Assembly (NCBI RefSeq): GCF_964204865.1
Contig: NC_135254.1
Location: 12,276,001 to 12,340,000 of the forward strand
Origin: Styela clava
Taxonomy: Eukaryota
Reading direction: 5' to 3'
DNA: 64,000 nt
Positions 1 to 12,816 of this stretch are shown one piece after another. Position numbers and translations under genes: made by a program. Every line of letters starts with the position of its first letter. Position 1 is the stretch's first letter. The notes below the pieces were generated by a model. It saw only the letters and a program-made list of their open reading frames with translations. It ran no database searches and had not been told where the DNA came from.

Positions 1-140
1 CTGCCCGCAAGATATTTATTGATTCAATCAAGACACAGATTCCATTTTCCTATTCAAACTCTTCAAAGTATTTATTTGTTCATTTGTAGACCACCAATTG
101 CTAAGTAAACCAGTGTGAATTTTTCTCACCTTTGTTTCAG

Positions 141-928
141 TGTTTATCCATTGTACGGATGAATCCTTGGCAACGACAATAGCGAAGTATACAGAAGCTG
201 TTAAAACTCTCTCATATTCATCTAATATCAAGATTTTGACAAAGGATGAGAAAGCGCCATCGGGATGTGCAGTTGGGATTGTCAACGATAAATGTGATGT
301 TAATTTAATGTTGAAGGTAATATTGGGGATGTCTGATTATTTATACTTCCACACTTATAACTCTTTGCATTCTAATTGCGAATGTTTAAAATTCAGTTTT
401 CTAAGCATTTTTATAGTCAAATCTGGGTGCTCCCGAAGTATGCGAACCAAGATGGCGGACATCGGAACGTAACATGGGTAACAGGTTAGGGTTAGGCGAT
501 AATTTTTTCCCAATTTTCCTTATTTTAGTCATATTATCAGTTCGAAGACTAGCCAAGGGCCTCCCGTAGTATTTATACCTAAAATTATGGCCTAACCCTA
601 ACCTAGTACACATATTACATTCCGATGTCCGCCATCTTGGTTCGCATACTTCGGGAGCCCCCAAATCTGTTATATGGAAATGCCACAACATCTTTTTTTA
701 TTATATGTGGATTGTGTTTATGTAGCATGTATGTATGTGGTTATTAAGTTTATATGAATCACTTGTTTAATTTCTCAGGGACTAATTGATCTTGAGAAAG
801 AAATTATGAAACTTCGAAAGAAACAAGCAGAAAATGGGAAGAAGATTCAAGATATGGAAAAGAAAATGGCCAAGGAAGAATACAGCTCAAAAGTTCCAAA
901 GAAAGTTCAAGAAGCTGAGTCCGAGAAG
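141..928 (+). CDS. VARS1: Valyl-tRNA synthetase, two internal C-terminal exons (141-316, 779-928); gene begins upstream of the window
   Basis: AG|141..316|GT encodes ...APSGCAVGIVNDKCDVNLMLK; AG|779..928|GT encodes GLIDLEKEIMKLRKKQ...EEYSSKVPKKVQEAESEK. This matches the eukaryotic ValRS C-terminal coiled-coil arm (human, from memory: [30 protein letters not shown]...YPVKVPLEVQEADEAK). Phase-0 junction is in frame. Confidence 0.92.
425..662. mobile_element. MITE with long TIRs, internal TTAGGG-like repeats and 6-bp TSD
   Basis: gggtgctcccgaagtatgcgaaccaagatggcggacatcggaa ... ttccgatgtccgccatcttggttcgcatacttcgggagccccc; flanked by AAATCT at 419-424 and 663-668. Confidence 0.85.
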
Positions 929-1275
929 GTATTGTAATATAGAGTATATATTGCTAACATTCAGTTTCCGATGACGACCTATTTCATTAGTTAACATTTT
1001 TGAAAGGTAAATGAAATTGATTTTACAACCTGTTGGATTTCACAATTACAATCTGTACAAAGCTTAATATGGAATATATCTTGACGAATTTTATTTTATT
1101 CTTCATTTATACATATATATTGAATTTTTAGCTTATCTAACCAACCTAGCCCAATATTTCTGCATAGAAAGTTTTTATGTGGCTTTTTATATGTTAGTTT
1201 TATATGTTAACATGTACGTGTGTTTCACTGTTAACGGTGTCTGATGACCTCACATGCAGGCCACATGGTTTAGTG

Positions 1276-4200
1276 CAGGGGTGGCCAACCTTTCACATAC
1301 CATGCGCCACGTTTTAAACATAATGTTTCAGATGCGCCGTAAATCTCTTGTATTCCCACGCCTAATGTCCGCTTCTTGTTGAAATTATATAAATTTATAA
1401 TACACACACATATATACACACGTATATGTAGTTTTTACAATTTACAACTTCACATGAATAGAAATTAAGCAAGGAAGTATAATAAATAAAACTGATCAAT
1501 TTTAACCAAGTACCGCCTTTATGAGACTTTTGCTGCTGTTTTACTTTCGCCAGTTTTTTATTCTTGGAGTTAAGTTTGTTACTGAGAGGAGCAGTGCATT
1601 CTTCAAATTTAAATATGTAAGTCTTGACCTCGCTTTGCTTTTGATTAGTTTGATGGCTGAAAATGTTTGTTCACATCTATATGTCGTTCCGAAACGACAT
1701 ATAAAACCCTGGGAAAATTTTCTCAGTTCTGGAAAAATTTTCATGGGGTAACGATTGCCAGAACTTGATCATGTCAGATGCACTTGGGACTGAAGAAAGC
1801 TCATCAAATTTAATTTTCAATGATGGATGAGTTTTCAAGTCGCAAGTATAGAGTTTTCTTCTTTTGAAATATCATGAAAACGACTTTCAAATGACTCTTG
1901 CAATAACTTGATTTTTCCTGTGTATATTGCCAAATTGCCATTACCAGCAGCACATTCACGGTGTTCTTTTATGTGAGGAAATTGGGACAAATCCTCTTTT
2001 TCCAACTGGGAAACGAAAAGTTTCAACTTCATCTTGAATGCGATAATTTCATTTACTAAGCTTGGAAATAGTTTGCTTTTGCCTTGCAGTCTCAAATTTA
2101 CATCATTGAGATGGCTAGTAACATCAACTAAAAATGCCAAATCAAATAGCCAGTTTTTATCACATAAAAGTGCTCTTTCCTCAGGTAGCTCGTTTTTCTC
2201 TTCAAGAAAATCATGGACAGTATTTTTTAGCTTCCAAAATCTATTTAGCACCTGTCCCCTAGAAAGCCAGCGCACCTCACAATGAAGAACAAGGTCACCA
2301 TATTCCAAATCCAACATTTCACAATATTCTTTGAATTCTCGTCTGTTTAATGCTCTTGCTCTGATTTTATTCACACATTTCACAACTGGCAACATAACAT
2401 GCTGCAAATTTAAACTTTTTCCACACAGTGCCTCTTGGTGTATAATGCAGTGATATTTTAAGAGGGGACGATGTAAAAAGTAAAAGTGAAGCGACTCCAA
2501 GTTGAGAAGTTCTTCAAAGACACTGAAATTGTCATCAATTCCTCGTATAAATATGCTTAACTGGGCTACACCACATATGTCAGTTGATTCGTCCAATGCC
2601 AATGCAAAGAAAGTACAAGAATTAGCAAGGTCCTTCAATTGCTGAAACACATCACCAGAAAGTTCTTCAGTACGTCTTGTAACAGTCTGCTTTGATAGTG
2701 CTATTTCATCAGCTTTCCTTTTAATATTTCCATCACCCAGACTTCTTGCAAATATCTGGAGGCAAGGCTTAACGATTTCTTCTCCGTCAGAGAAAGCTTT
2801 TTTCTTTTTAGCCAGTGCTAAAGCAATTTCGTAGGAGACTTCGGTCATCGCCAGACTTCCACAACTTATTTTAGTAAATATGTTTTGTCGTTTTCTGATT
2901 TCTTCTTTTTTCTTAGTCACGTATTCTTTCCTTAACTCGGACCCAAGCACAAGCTTGGGTTTCCCTTCAATTTCAGTCTTATGTATTTCATAGTGTCTCT
3001 TAAGATCATGCCTTCTATTTTGTGAAAGAGTTTTTTCACAAACAATGCACAACGGTTTTCTTGACGGACCTGCAATAAATAACAACTCATTTTCCCATTG
3101 TTCATTAAATTCACGCTTACTATCAGTTTCCGCCTTTCTTTTGTTCCTTTTCTTTCGCACTGTGTTGGGTAACACAATATATAAAAGCAAAGCTTAATGC
3201 TTAAATTTTGAAAAGTACACAACTGCAAATGTTTACAAACAAAAATCAACCTTAGTTCACGCCTTTACACACACAAGAAGAAACTTTACCAATTAAGTTT
3301 ACAGAAAACCACTCATTTAGAGAATTACCGAATCACTGAATTAAACACTGAATGAATAAACAACGAAAATTCTCGTATCCACGCAAAAATTCGAGCAATT
3401 TACGATAAACAGATTACGATTGATTACGAAACAGGGAACCATTGTGACGCCATGCTTCAAGTAGAAACTACAGTCTTCCTGAAAGTAGGAGAAAAACGCA
3501 TTCTGTCTTATGAGCATTACGCAATAAAGCTGTTTTTAACAACGAAGAGAAAAAAGTACGATTGATAAGTAAAGTTAGGCGCAATATTGTGACAACAGGC
3601 CTTTAGTATCAATATCTACTCTACTCTACCCTCGATTCTAATTGGTCTTTGCTAATCAGCTGTTTGGCCTAGCGTCGCGTGATCTTACTCCAGGCTTCTT
3701 CAAGATTAGTACTTGTGTCACAGCAAGCGATTTTACGCTTCGCTTTTGTTGACAACGGTCATTTGAAGTTCGGATGAAAAAGGTGGTATTTAAGGGTCAT
3801 TTTCAGCATGTTGTGGGTTGATTTATAATAATTTTTTTAGGCTTGGGCAATTCAACTGGTTGTTCAATGGTTATTGAGAGATATTTGGGAAGTCTGGGCA
3901 ATGGAAAATCCATGTTTCAAGCTGATAAATGACGATTTTCTATTTTTCCAGAAGTTCTGAACTTTTTACTTCAGCAGGGAAAAAATAGTAAATTTTACTA
4001 ATTTTTGCTAAAAGTCTAGAATGAATGTCATAAAGTCCGTCCAAAAGCTAACCTCGATAATCGCCTGTTGTTTCTAATTCCAACAAGCCGTAAGTGGGCG
4101 ACGTGGAGTAAGGAGAATAGATTTTAGGTACAATCAAAAGTCACCATGTAAATCGCAAAAAAACGGCTTGGCGTGGAGAAGCCAAGTGCAATTAACAATT

Positions 4201-4291
4201 TTGGCATGAAAAGGGTTAAAGATGCAATGCGCCACCTCTAATCATGCAATGCGCCACGTTTGGCGCATGCGCCATAGGTTGGCCACCCGTG
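1276..4291 (-). mobile_element. hAT DNA transposon, Buster/SPIN-like (GTF2IRD2/ZBED-type transposase)
   Basis: 16-bp TIRs CAGGGGTGGCCAACCT / AGGTTGGCCACCCGTG (1 mismatch); perfect 8-bp TSD GTTTAGTG (1268-1275, 4292-4299) with central TA typical of Buster hATs. Confidence 0.95.
1541..3190 (-). pseudogene. Defective hAT transposase (internal deletion plus frameshift)
   Basis: BED-like C2H2 (CIVC...RHYEIH), LALDESTD, HCIIHQE and VRWLSRG motifs in ORF 1835-3190; dimerisation motif FGTTYRCEQTFS in separate ORF 1541-1744; the TDGA segment is missing near 2486. Confidence 0.88.
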
Positions 4292-5117
4292 GTTTAGTGC
4301 AACATCTCTGCATGGTGCAGCTTTGCATGTGGCCTCAAAATACCGGCATAACTATTCTGGCAGGCTATCAACCTCACAATTGTTAGATTGCCATCTGTTT
4401 CAATACACAGATGTCTCATCATTAAGCATTTTAACTGGAATATAGTCTGAACATTTTGGTTCATTTAAATGCAAAGCGGGTTATTTAGTTATAATATAGT
4501 AAATGGGTATGATTCATTTTTTTGTGAGTCGTATGATTCCAGCTGGCAAAGTAAAAATGGTTAATGGGCGATTTTCTCTCATTGTCATTCATATTTATCT
4601 GTTTATGGTGAGTTAAATTGATTAGTTCACACCAGTCTACAAAGGAGCAAGCCACTATAATGAGTGATCAGTTTTACTCAAGATAGTCTCACCTAAATCA
4701 TAATATTGCTGCGAAAATTCTGAAATAAACCTAAGTGATTGAAAAATCCTAATTGATTTAAGAGTCTGCTGCACCCTAACACAAATATATTTCTGAAGTT
4801 CTGTAAGGTCCGACTTCCTCAGAAAAACATTTCTCAAGTTTGATATTCTGAGTACTTGATTTAAATAATTTAAAATATTATAAGCTAAGTTCTTCAAACG
4901 ACTATACTAAAATGATCTCAAAAGAGTATCACTTTATCATGTTTGTAGCAGAAGTAAGGAATATATCTTGCACAAGATTTCATGTATTATTATTGAACCA
5001 AATCAAAGCATAGAATATATACACCAAATGACAAACATAGGGGCACAACTGTTGGCTTCAAAAGTATATGTCTCAAAGTTCTTAGACTGATTACTAAGTA
5101 GTGAATATTCGCCAAAA

Positions 5118-8100
5118 TCATTGTACAGTAGGATCGTTGACTTTTCCAATGAATAGAACACCATCTGTATTCTTTTCGTATATCATGAACAGGAAAGGTC
5201 TGTTGCAAAATAATCTGGGGGGAAGACTGAGAGGTACAATTCCAAATCCTGAAGCACCAGCTGCTTCAGTTCCCTTCTCATCCACCTGAACATGAAACGA
5301 TAAAAATTCAAATGTGTAGATATTAATTACATGAGAGGGTCTGAATCAGTTATGAAATAAATAACTGGATGAGTAGTAGGGCATTGAGCTTTATTTCATA
5401 ATGCTCTTTTCATTTACTTTTTGTCCGGGTGATTGTCATCCTGAGATACCTATGCTCCAATCTTATTTCTTACTCCTAAACGGAACAATGACAGAACAGC
5501 AAACCACTGAAGCATTGCTTTTTGGGTATGAGTAGTTGAGAGTACCGTCATTCAGTACTTTGGCATGGCAGAAACAACACATAGCTTATGTCTGGCTTTA
5601 TATGCTGTTGTTTGCAGAAACATTTTAACTGTTTATGAAACATTAATCTATACCGATGGCAATGAACAAGTAACATGTCAAAAAAAATTAATATTCAAAA
5701 TAATATCCATAAACATAATATGTACAATATTTTCTTCCCTATTCTCGCCTAATAACTACATGGTTGCACTGTATAGGTTAGTTTCCTATCAACGGCTTTG
5801 TTTGAAGGAAAGTTATGAAGCGCACACAATAAAATAATAAAAAATTAAAAGTCTGTATAACATACCTTTATAAATGTCTTGTGCACTGCTGTACTAACGT
5901 ACAAATTAGGAGAGATTTCTGATGGATCAATCATTCCTGATAGGTTTGCTCTGATTGGATTAAATAAGTTTTTTATTCCAAGTCTCCTCAGGATGGGTTT
6001 GAGTTGATATGTCTTCGACATCTTGAATTTTGGTAGTAGCAGTCGAACCTAAATGGTAAATGTTTTTAGTATTTTTAAGTTTTTAGTATTTTCAAGTTAT
6101 GTGTCTCGCTGGAAATTCTACCATCAATCAAATAAATTAAATTAAGACCCACCAACCTAGCAATTCACATCAGTAAAGCCCCCCCGCTGAGCACGAGGTT
6201 ATCAAAAATATGATGATCCAGCTTGATGGAACACCACATGTTGGTGCAAAAATAGCAAAATTTTATTTGAAATAATATTGCAATTATTTGAAGTAAAATT
6301 CGGGCAACGAAATCAATTTCCTTGGGTAATTGTCATGTCTATTTGTGAAACTTGTTCAGGGACAGTGTTGTCGCTATGTGAATAACATTTCTAGTCACAT
6401 ACAGTGGGCCTATACACAATATTAATAACATGTTAAAATTCTGCAAGTTGTAAGACGTTTTTCAAATTTGCTTTTTCTTTTGAATATCTAAATGTTGTCT
6501 ATAATTTCCTACCCGCTGTGTGTACTGTTGCTCTGCTTGAAGTTCGTCAAGTATTGGTTTCATTGTTTTTTCGCTCAACATTTCTTCGACCCTTTCAATT
6601 GATCCTCTACGTGTCGGTACAATCAGTATCATGCTCGCGTTATATTTTCCATATGCTGTTAAATATCCAAAGCATTTTGTTTGCTGGGTGAAGTTCTTGT
6701 TAAGGAATCGTTCAAAGCAAGGTCACTTGCTCAAAAATAATAGAAACTGATTTCTGAGCGAAGTTATGGGTGATTAATGAAGTGTCAAGAGCTATTAAAA
6801 CTATGAAGGATTTGTTAGTAGATAAACACTACTTATTAAGAATTCGCTCACAATTGTTCAAGTGAACCGGTGGTTAGTCACGCTTTTTGCACTATCAAAT
6901 CGAATGGCTAATTAACTATTCCATTCATCCCCATATTCATCATATTCCATTCATACCCGACATGGACTGCTAAGTGGTAACCACACGAGATGCTGTGGAC
7001 TGCGGTATACCATAAAGCTGTTCTATTGACTTTCTTCTCTCAGGATAAAAATAAACATTCAATATGACATGTACACTTAATATGAGGACGTTATAGAAAT
7101 GTCTAATAAGAGTACTTAAAAGACTTGTATCATATAAATTCAATTCTCAAACCCTCTTATAATCTGACATTGTTAGTTGGTGATTGTGTGAAATGTGCAA
7201 TGTTTATCTTTTGGGATTTTTAGTTTGACGAAACCTCAACAGGATTGAGATTGTCATCAAGGGGTGATTGTGGATGGAAATTTTATGAGGATCCTTTGTG
7301 TCAGTTGTGTTTTATTGATCGCCATTTTAACAACTGTTTTATACTCTTCCCTTAAATATTTCAATCTTGAATCTTTCCAACTTGGATTTCTAACATATAT
7401 ATTCATCAGTAGTTTTACTCACCATCTCCTTCATATGGAACATCAAGTATTTCTGCCTCAAGATCTTCAGAGTATGTCATACGATAGTTTATCATTTTAG
7501 TCATGAAGTCAGCTTTCACTGTTTTATTATCATTGACCTTGAAGTCTTGCTTGAAAGTGTTCAGTGGATCAAATGGATATTTCCAAAGACCCTATAATGC
7601 AAAGATTTCGGTTGGAATCAAAATTTCATTTTTCTGCTATGATATAATTAGTCTATTCTATTATTATTAACCAGTTAATATTGGTTATTCAGATTAATAT
7701 TTTCTATGAAGTTGACGTTTTTGCATGTAGATTCTCTAGCACCAGCCATTAATAATATGGAGCTACTAAACTTTGAAAAGAAATCAATATACCGGTAAAT
7801 GAATATTTGTACCATCAAGAAACTTGCTGTTACAATTGTTCTGCATGTCACACAGGGTGACCCATAAAAACAGAGCCCAAAATTTCTTAATATGGAAATA
7901 AAATTAAAAAAAATTTAACACTCCAACTTATGTTTGTGTATGATTGTATCCAATTGTTTTAGTAATCTAGGACACGTTATACAAAAGTGTTGTTCTCTCT
8001 AAAATAGGTTCCAAATGACCTTGGTTCTTTTTGGTTCTTTTTTTTTTTTTTGGTTGACCCTGTACAATCTGGGTATGCTATTTAGTATGATTAGCATCAG

Positions 8101-10580
8101 GTCAGAGATGGATCATTGATTCGCCATCTTTAAATTCATATGTTACTTATCCAGGAGCAGTATGAGGTCTACCCTAAACATGGCGCACACAAAAATTAGG
8201 TATTCATCGCTAAATTACATGTATTAAATCATGTGATATCCAATACAATTGGGGGTTGAAAAATGATGCTGTAGACCTCTCGCTATAGTGTAAACTTGGA
8301 GGAAGATCTCACACTATACTAGAGTGGCACTTAGTTTTAATTTCACATACGACACATTTCACTTTTTTAACTATTAATACCTTGAAATATATTGCTGAGA
8401 CTACAGCAAGAACAGTATCAGGTCTTATTGCTTTTCCACTAAATAAATCCTTGATTTTACCTTCTGTTGCTTTTTCTACCCATTGGTTGATAAAATTTCT
8501 AGATTCTGCTGAATCGGTTTGAAAATTCATCTGTTGTAGAAGTTGAATATTTGATAAAAAAGCAGAATTAATCTTATATCTTGTAAAAAAGTTAATAAAC
8601 GATTACCGGTATATCTAATGATTCATTTCGTTTTATGATTTCCCTCAACTTCATTATTATCTACTGTAGAACACATATTCCCTCTTGTAGTTGTTTATGG
8701 GAGTAAAGTGTTGCATTAAGCTGACTAGGGTAGAAATGATTCCATAACGTCTCATGGATGGTTATATGATATCTTTCAATTAAAAGATTCAAATTATTGT
8801 TCCCTTGATATTTTGCAATATTTTTGCATAAATCTTGGATAACTCAATTTACATTGCAGTACAAATTACTATGAAATTTACTGAACTCAAACTATTATCC
8901 AAGCAACACCTTTGTAATATTTTTACGACTGATTAAAAAAATTAAAAAAAAAAGTTGCTGTGAATTATCCTTCCAAATCTGAAATACTGAGTAGATTCTA
9001 AATAATGAACCTTTGTCTTAGTCTTAGTTATTCATAAAATTTGTCTTAGTTATTCATAAAATCAAGACTGTAATTGTTCAATTCAATTTCAACGTCTCGA
9101 TACCTTGGTCATCTCCACTCCATATTTTGCTGTTTGTTCAATGAATTTACTACTGAAGTTGAAACTTTTTTCACCAAATAGTCTATTTGCCGTTCTCAAT
9201 TGCAAAGTATCCTCCTTTGCTGCTTTTACATCTTTCGTGCCTTTACCTCTGTCTTCCAATTTAGTTTCAATCAGTTCATTGCTGTACATTTTCATCAGGC
9301 ATTCTATGTCATTTGGTTCAAAACCAGTCCTGTAATGGGAATATTTTCAAGGCATTCTAGTGAAATTCATTCCTTATCTTTAAAGTTGGGTTACCGGTAC
9401 TTGTTTTTTTTTGTATGTGGACTATAGATAGCTTCAAACTGTTATCTATATGACAATACCCAAGCAAATGTCTATCTGACCCTCAAAAGTTGATAGCGCA
9501 TGCAATTCGAAATATTTCACTGAACTACATTCAGTCAAGTGAAATTTTTTTAAGTTTTATGTTTAGTAATATTTTCAATGAATGGGATTTGAGCCTTATT
9601 CCATTCATCCTGATTTTTTTCTTTGTATTATTTTGCTCTTATTTTATTTCTCTATTTTTTTTACTTAGTATATTTTGTCTGCTTTTTAAAGTATATTTTA
9701 TTCTATTAATTGAGTATATACACTTACCTAATCATATTCACACTTATTTCTTGGTATATTGAATATGGACAGGGTGTAATGAAATTGGCAGACTATGTTA
9801 AACTGGAAAGATATAGTCTTTTCGAATAATAGTAGCTCTTTACATATCGTCAGATATCAGTGGCTGTTTTTTCAGGCCTTGTTCAGAGCAAACGGTGTGA
9901 ATAGGCACCGTATAAAAATATAATAATACATACGATGTGTTTTTAAACATCAATCCTTCCAGCATCTGATCCTTTGTGCTTTCTCTTGCTCCTGGCAACA
10001 TCATCGACAGTCCAGAGCCAACTGTGGTTGGAGCAAGAAATATGTTCTGATTAGGCTTCAATTTTGCTGCTACTTTGTACATTTCATAAGCAAATATTCT
10101 GTTGGCTTCGGCACCTGATGCCATACTGTTGAAAGAGAATAATAGCATGAAACATAACACAAAAAGTAGCTTCTAGATTCAAACTTTGAAAGGATGTTCA
10201 AGAATATTCCGGATCTTGTATTTTGATAAATTTTGATGATTAGTTTGTATCGATTTTGAAAATAGTTGTTGGTAGGTGGAACTAAACAATGGACAGGTTA
10301 TAATATTTAAGGCAAAAAGATGAAAAACATGAAACTTTCTTATAACTTATTATGGCCTAAAGGCTTTGTATTTCCCATTACTGGTCGTGATAAATCAGTT
10401 CAGTTACCGCAATATTTCCTATTTTTTCCCCAATGTGCAGGTTATTTAGACAATTAGAAAATATTGTTACCTGCATTCATCAGATGGTGTTGTCGAAGTT
10501 TTCATTTTATCTGCTTTTGACATTACGGCCAAACATATTGCAATACCCAGACTGATAATAATATTCTTCATTTTTATCAT
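5118..10580 (-). CDS. Secreted serpin A (~446 aa, 8 exons), nested antisense in VARS last intron; predicted P1-P1' Leu-Ser
   Basis: Exons 10580-10471, 10125-9934, 9329-9104, 8530-8381, 7591-7423, 6655-6513, 6048-5866, 5285-5118, all GT-AG and in frame (1341 nt). Signal peptide MKNIIISLGIAICLAVMSKA; NIFLAP, ANRLF, AIYFKGLW, LPKFK, hinge/RCL VDEKGTEAAGASGFGIVPL-SLPP, NRPFLFMI..LFIGKVNDP. Confidence 0.93.
7853..8062. mobile_element. Degenerate mariner-like MITE in serpin A intron
   Basis: cagggtgacccataaaaa ... tttttggttgaccctg|ta imperfect TIRs. Confidence 0.4.
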
Positions 10581-11968
10581 AATTATTAAATTATAAATCT
10601 AAAAGTGTACGACATGAAAATTGAGGCACCAAGGAAAAAATTATTTCAATAATCTACTATATACCATGTTTTGAAAAAAGGTTGAACAAAATCATTAAAT
10701 ATATTTTTAAGTGGGATTGATTTCCTGCCCTGAAATACTCTGAAGTTGAATATCAATACTGATCAGAGGTTGCCTGATATCCAGCACTCTACAAAGTTCT
10801 CAACCATCAACTTACATCAAGTAACTACAAATTTGTAAATAACGTTGATCTCGCATATCACATTCACAAATAACAGTTACATTGAAAAATGAGGTTGAGG
10901 TTAATGTACGCTCATTTCTCTCTCAGAATGAACTGCATACATACTTAGAGATAGCAGCTACGATTTCTTATATATGGTCTTCCTGTTCAACCAATATCAC
11001 AGCTCAATGCAACTTTTAGTCTCTAATTAAAATGTCCTGATAACTATCGAAATTAGTGATTTATAGAGGTTAGATGAATATAAAAACGTATCTAGAACCT
11101 TTAATCATACTCATGTGATGAAAATGTTCCCATTTGTTGCCAACTAAGCTCACTTTCATAACACTCAAGTCAATAAAACAACCTGCGTACACATGTCATG
11201 AAATATTTGCTCGAAACGTTTTTCTTTAAACTTGTGATATATTTAACATAACTTTCTCTCAGTTTCTGTACCTGAAATGAATAAATTGTCATTCTGTTTT
11301 TCGATAGTGAACATGCTCACGTGTTTTGCCTTACGGCTATACTTAGAACATGAGATAATCTTATGCTAGAGGCATGTTTTTCAATGTGGTTTTGTTTTCA
11401 ATTCCTGATTTATGTCATGCTAACATAGGTAGTCAACATAAAGTGATGATTATTCATACTGTAATGGCTATATCCAATTTTGATAGTAAGCGTAAATATG
11501 ATCCAAAATGCTTGCATAGCGCTATATCATATGTATGGCAATAGGCTGTGTGATGCTAGATTTAACAGCATTAACGTATTATAAGCATTGACAGCAAATG
11601 TTCAGAATGACTTCTCTGATTGCTTGAAATTCTCATATGAAGTCTCAATTCTGATAAAAATCTTCAAAAAACTTCTAATGCGGAAAAAAAAAACTGATTG
11701 TACGCTTGAAGAAGCATCAGAGAAATGCTTTATAACAACGCTTAAAGTGAGTTCTTTGCAATAATATGTACTTCTTCTTTGTAAACAAGTATGTGTGTAC
11801 TTCTCATTTATGACAGAAAATGTTATACAAATTTCTATACTTCTGACTTACTGTCCCCTTAGAAAGAAGAAGATTACTTCATTATGACTTCATCCACATT
11901 CAACTCCATGCATATGAAACGAATAATCGGTTACGGTTCCTATACCCACGTAGACTTATAACCTAGAC

Positions 11969-12085
11969 CAGTGGTTCTCAAACTGCGGTCCGCGGTAAAC
12001 GATTTATGTTGCCTAGATAAGCATAGCTCTATGCTATGTTCTCCTATTGTATTTTTGATTTGAAGATTGTGGCGGTCCGCGGTTA
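11969..12085 (+). mobile_element. hAT-type MITE fragment
   Basis: CAGTGGTTCTCAAACTGCGGTCCGCGG terminus preceded by acctagac (nnnTAnnn); GCGGTCCGCGG repeated at ~12072; other end not found. Confidence 0.45.
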
Positions 12086-12816
12086 CTTCAGAGAAGCCGA
12101 TGGGGTTTTCAGGCACAAAGTTTTCTGATAAAATCAACTTTCCTCTCCTCTTAGACATCAAACAAACATGGTAGTCTGAAATGAGTTGATTATAATTCAG
12201 CCTGCTTTCTCTTTGTACTTTAGAAACCCAATGTTTCATTTTCAAGATCAACTTACAATCGCTGTAAACTGTAATGTACAGAACTGACACCATATTTGAA
12301 TATGTTTCTCAATTTTATTTCCTGATTATCATTGTAATATTGTTACAAATAGTATTCATTTATAGAAGACTTAGTAATTCATAAAACAAAATTGCAGAAT
12401 TAAGCTTATACAACTGCATCTGTTTGCTTTTAATAATAAATTGCTCATTCTGCAGTCATAAAAGCTGTAAAGTCGGGAGTTCATCATTCTTCATTGATGG
12501 GGAGCCGTGGTTGGGATTCCAGACCTTTCATAGTTATTGTCGAAATTGACTTTTTTGACGAAAATTTAAAAAAAATTGAGTCAACTAAGCACTCTCAAGA
12601 GGTATTTCTTGTATACATACACATTTTATTATCAAAAGTGTTTTTGTCCGGACTTCAGAGCTGGAGCCATAATCAAGAGTCTTAATTTTTTACAACTTAA
12701 AGCAGAGTCTCTATTTTAATGTCTCGGTGTCTTGTGTAAATTTTCCCCGTTTCCACATCCCTGCAAGATTGAGTTGGAATTAAAGTTGGAAACAGTGGGA
12801 TTGAAACAAGTTTTTA

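Noticed and set aside
485-603. TTAGGG repeats as an interstitial telomere
   Set aside because: Only about 2 units per arm, inside MITE inverted repeats
2034-2285. Short ORFs antisense to transposase, serpin or pol exons (e.g. 2034, 5101, 9105, 27034, 43584, 44689)
   Set aside because: Shadow frames of real coding sequence on the opposite strand
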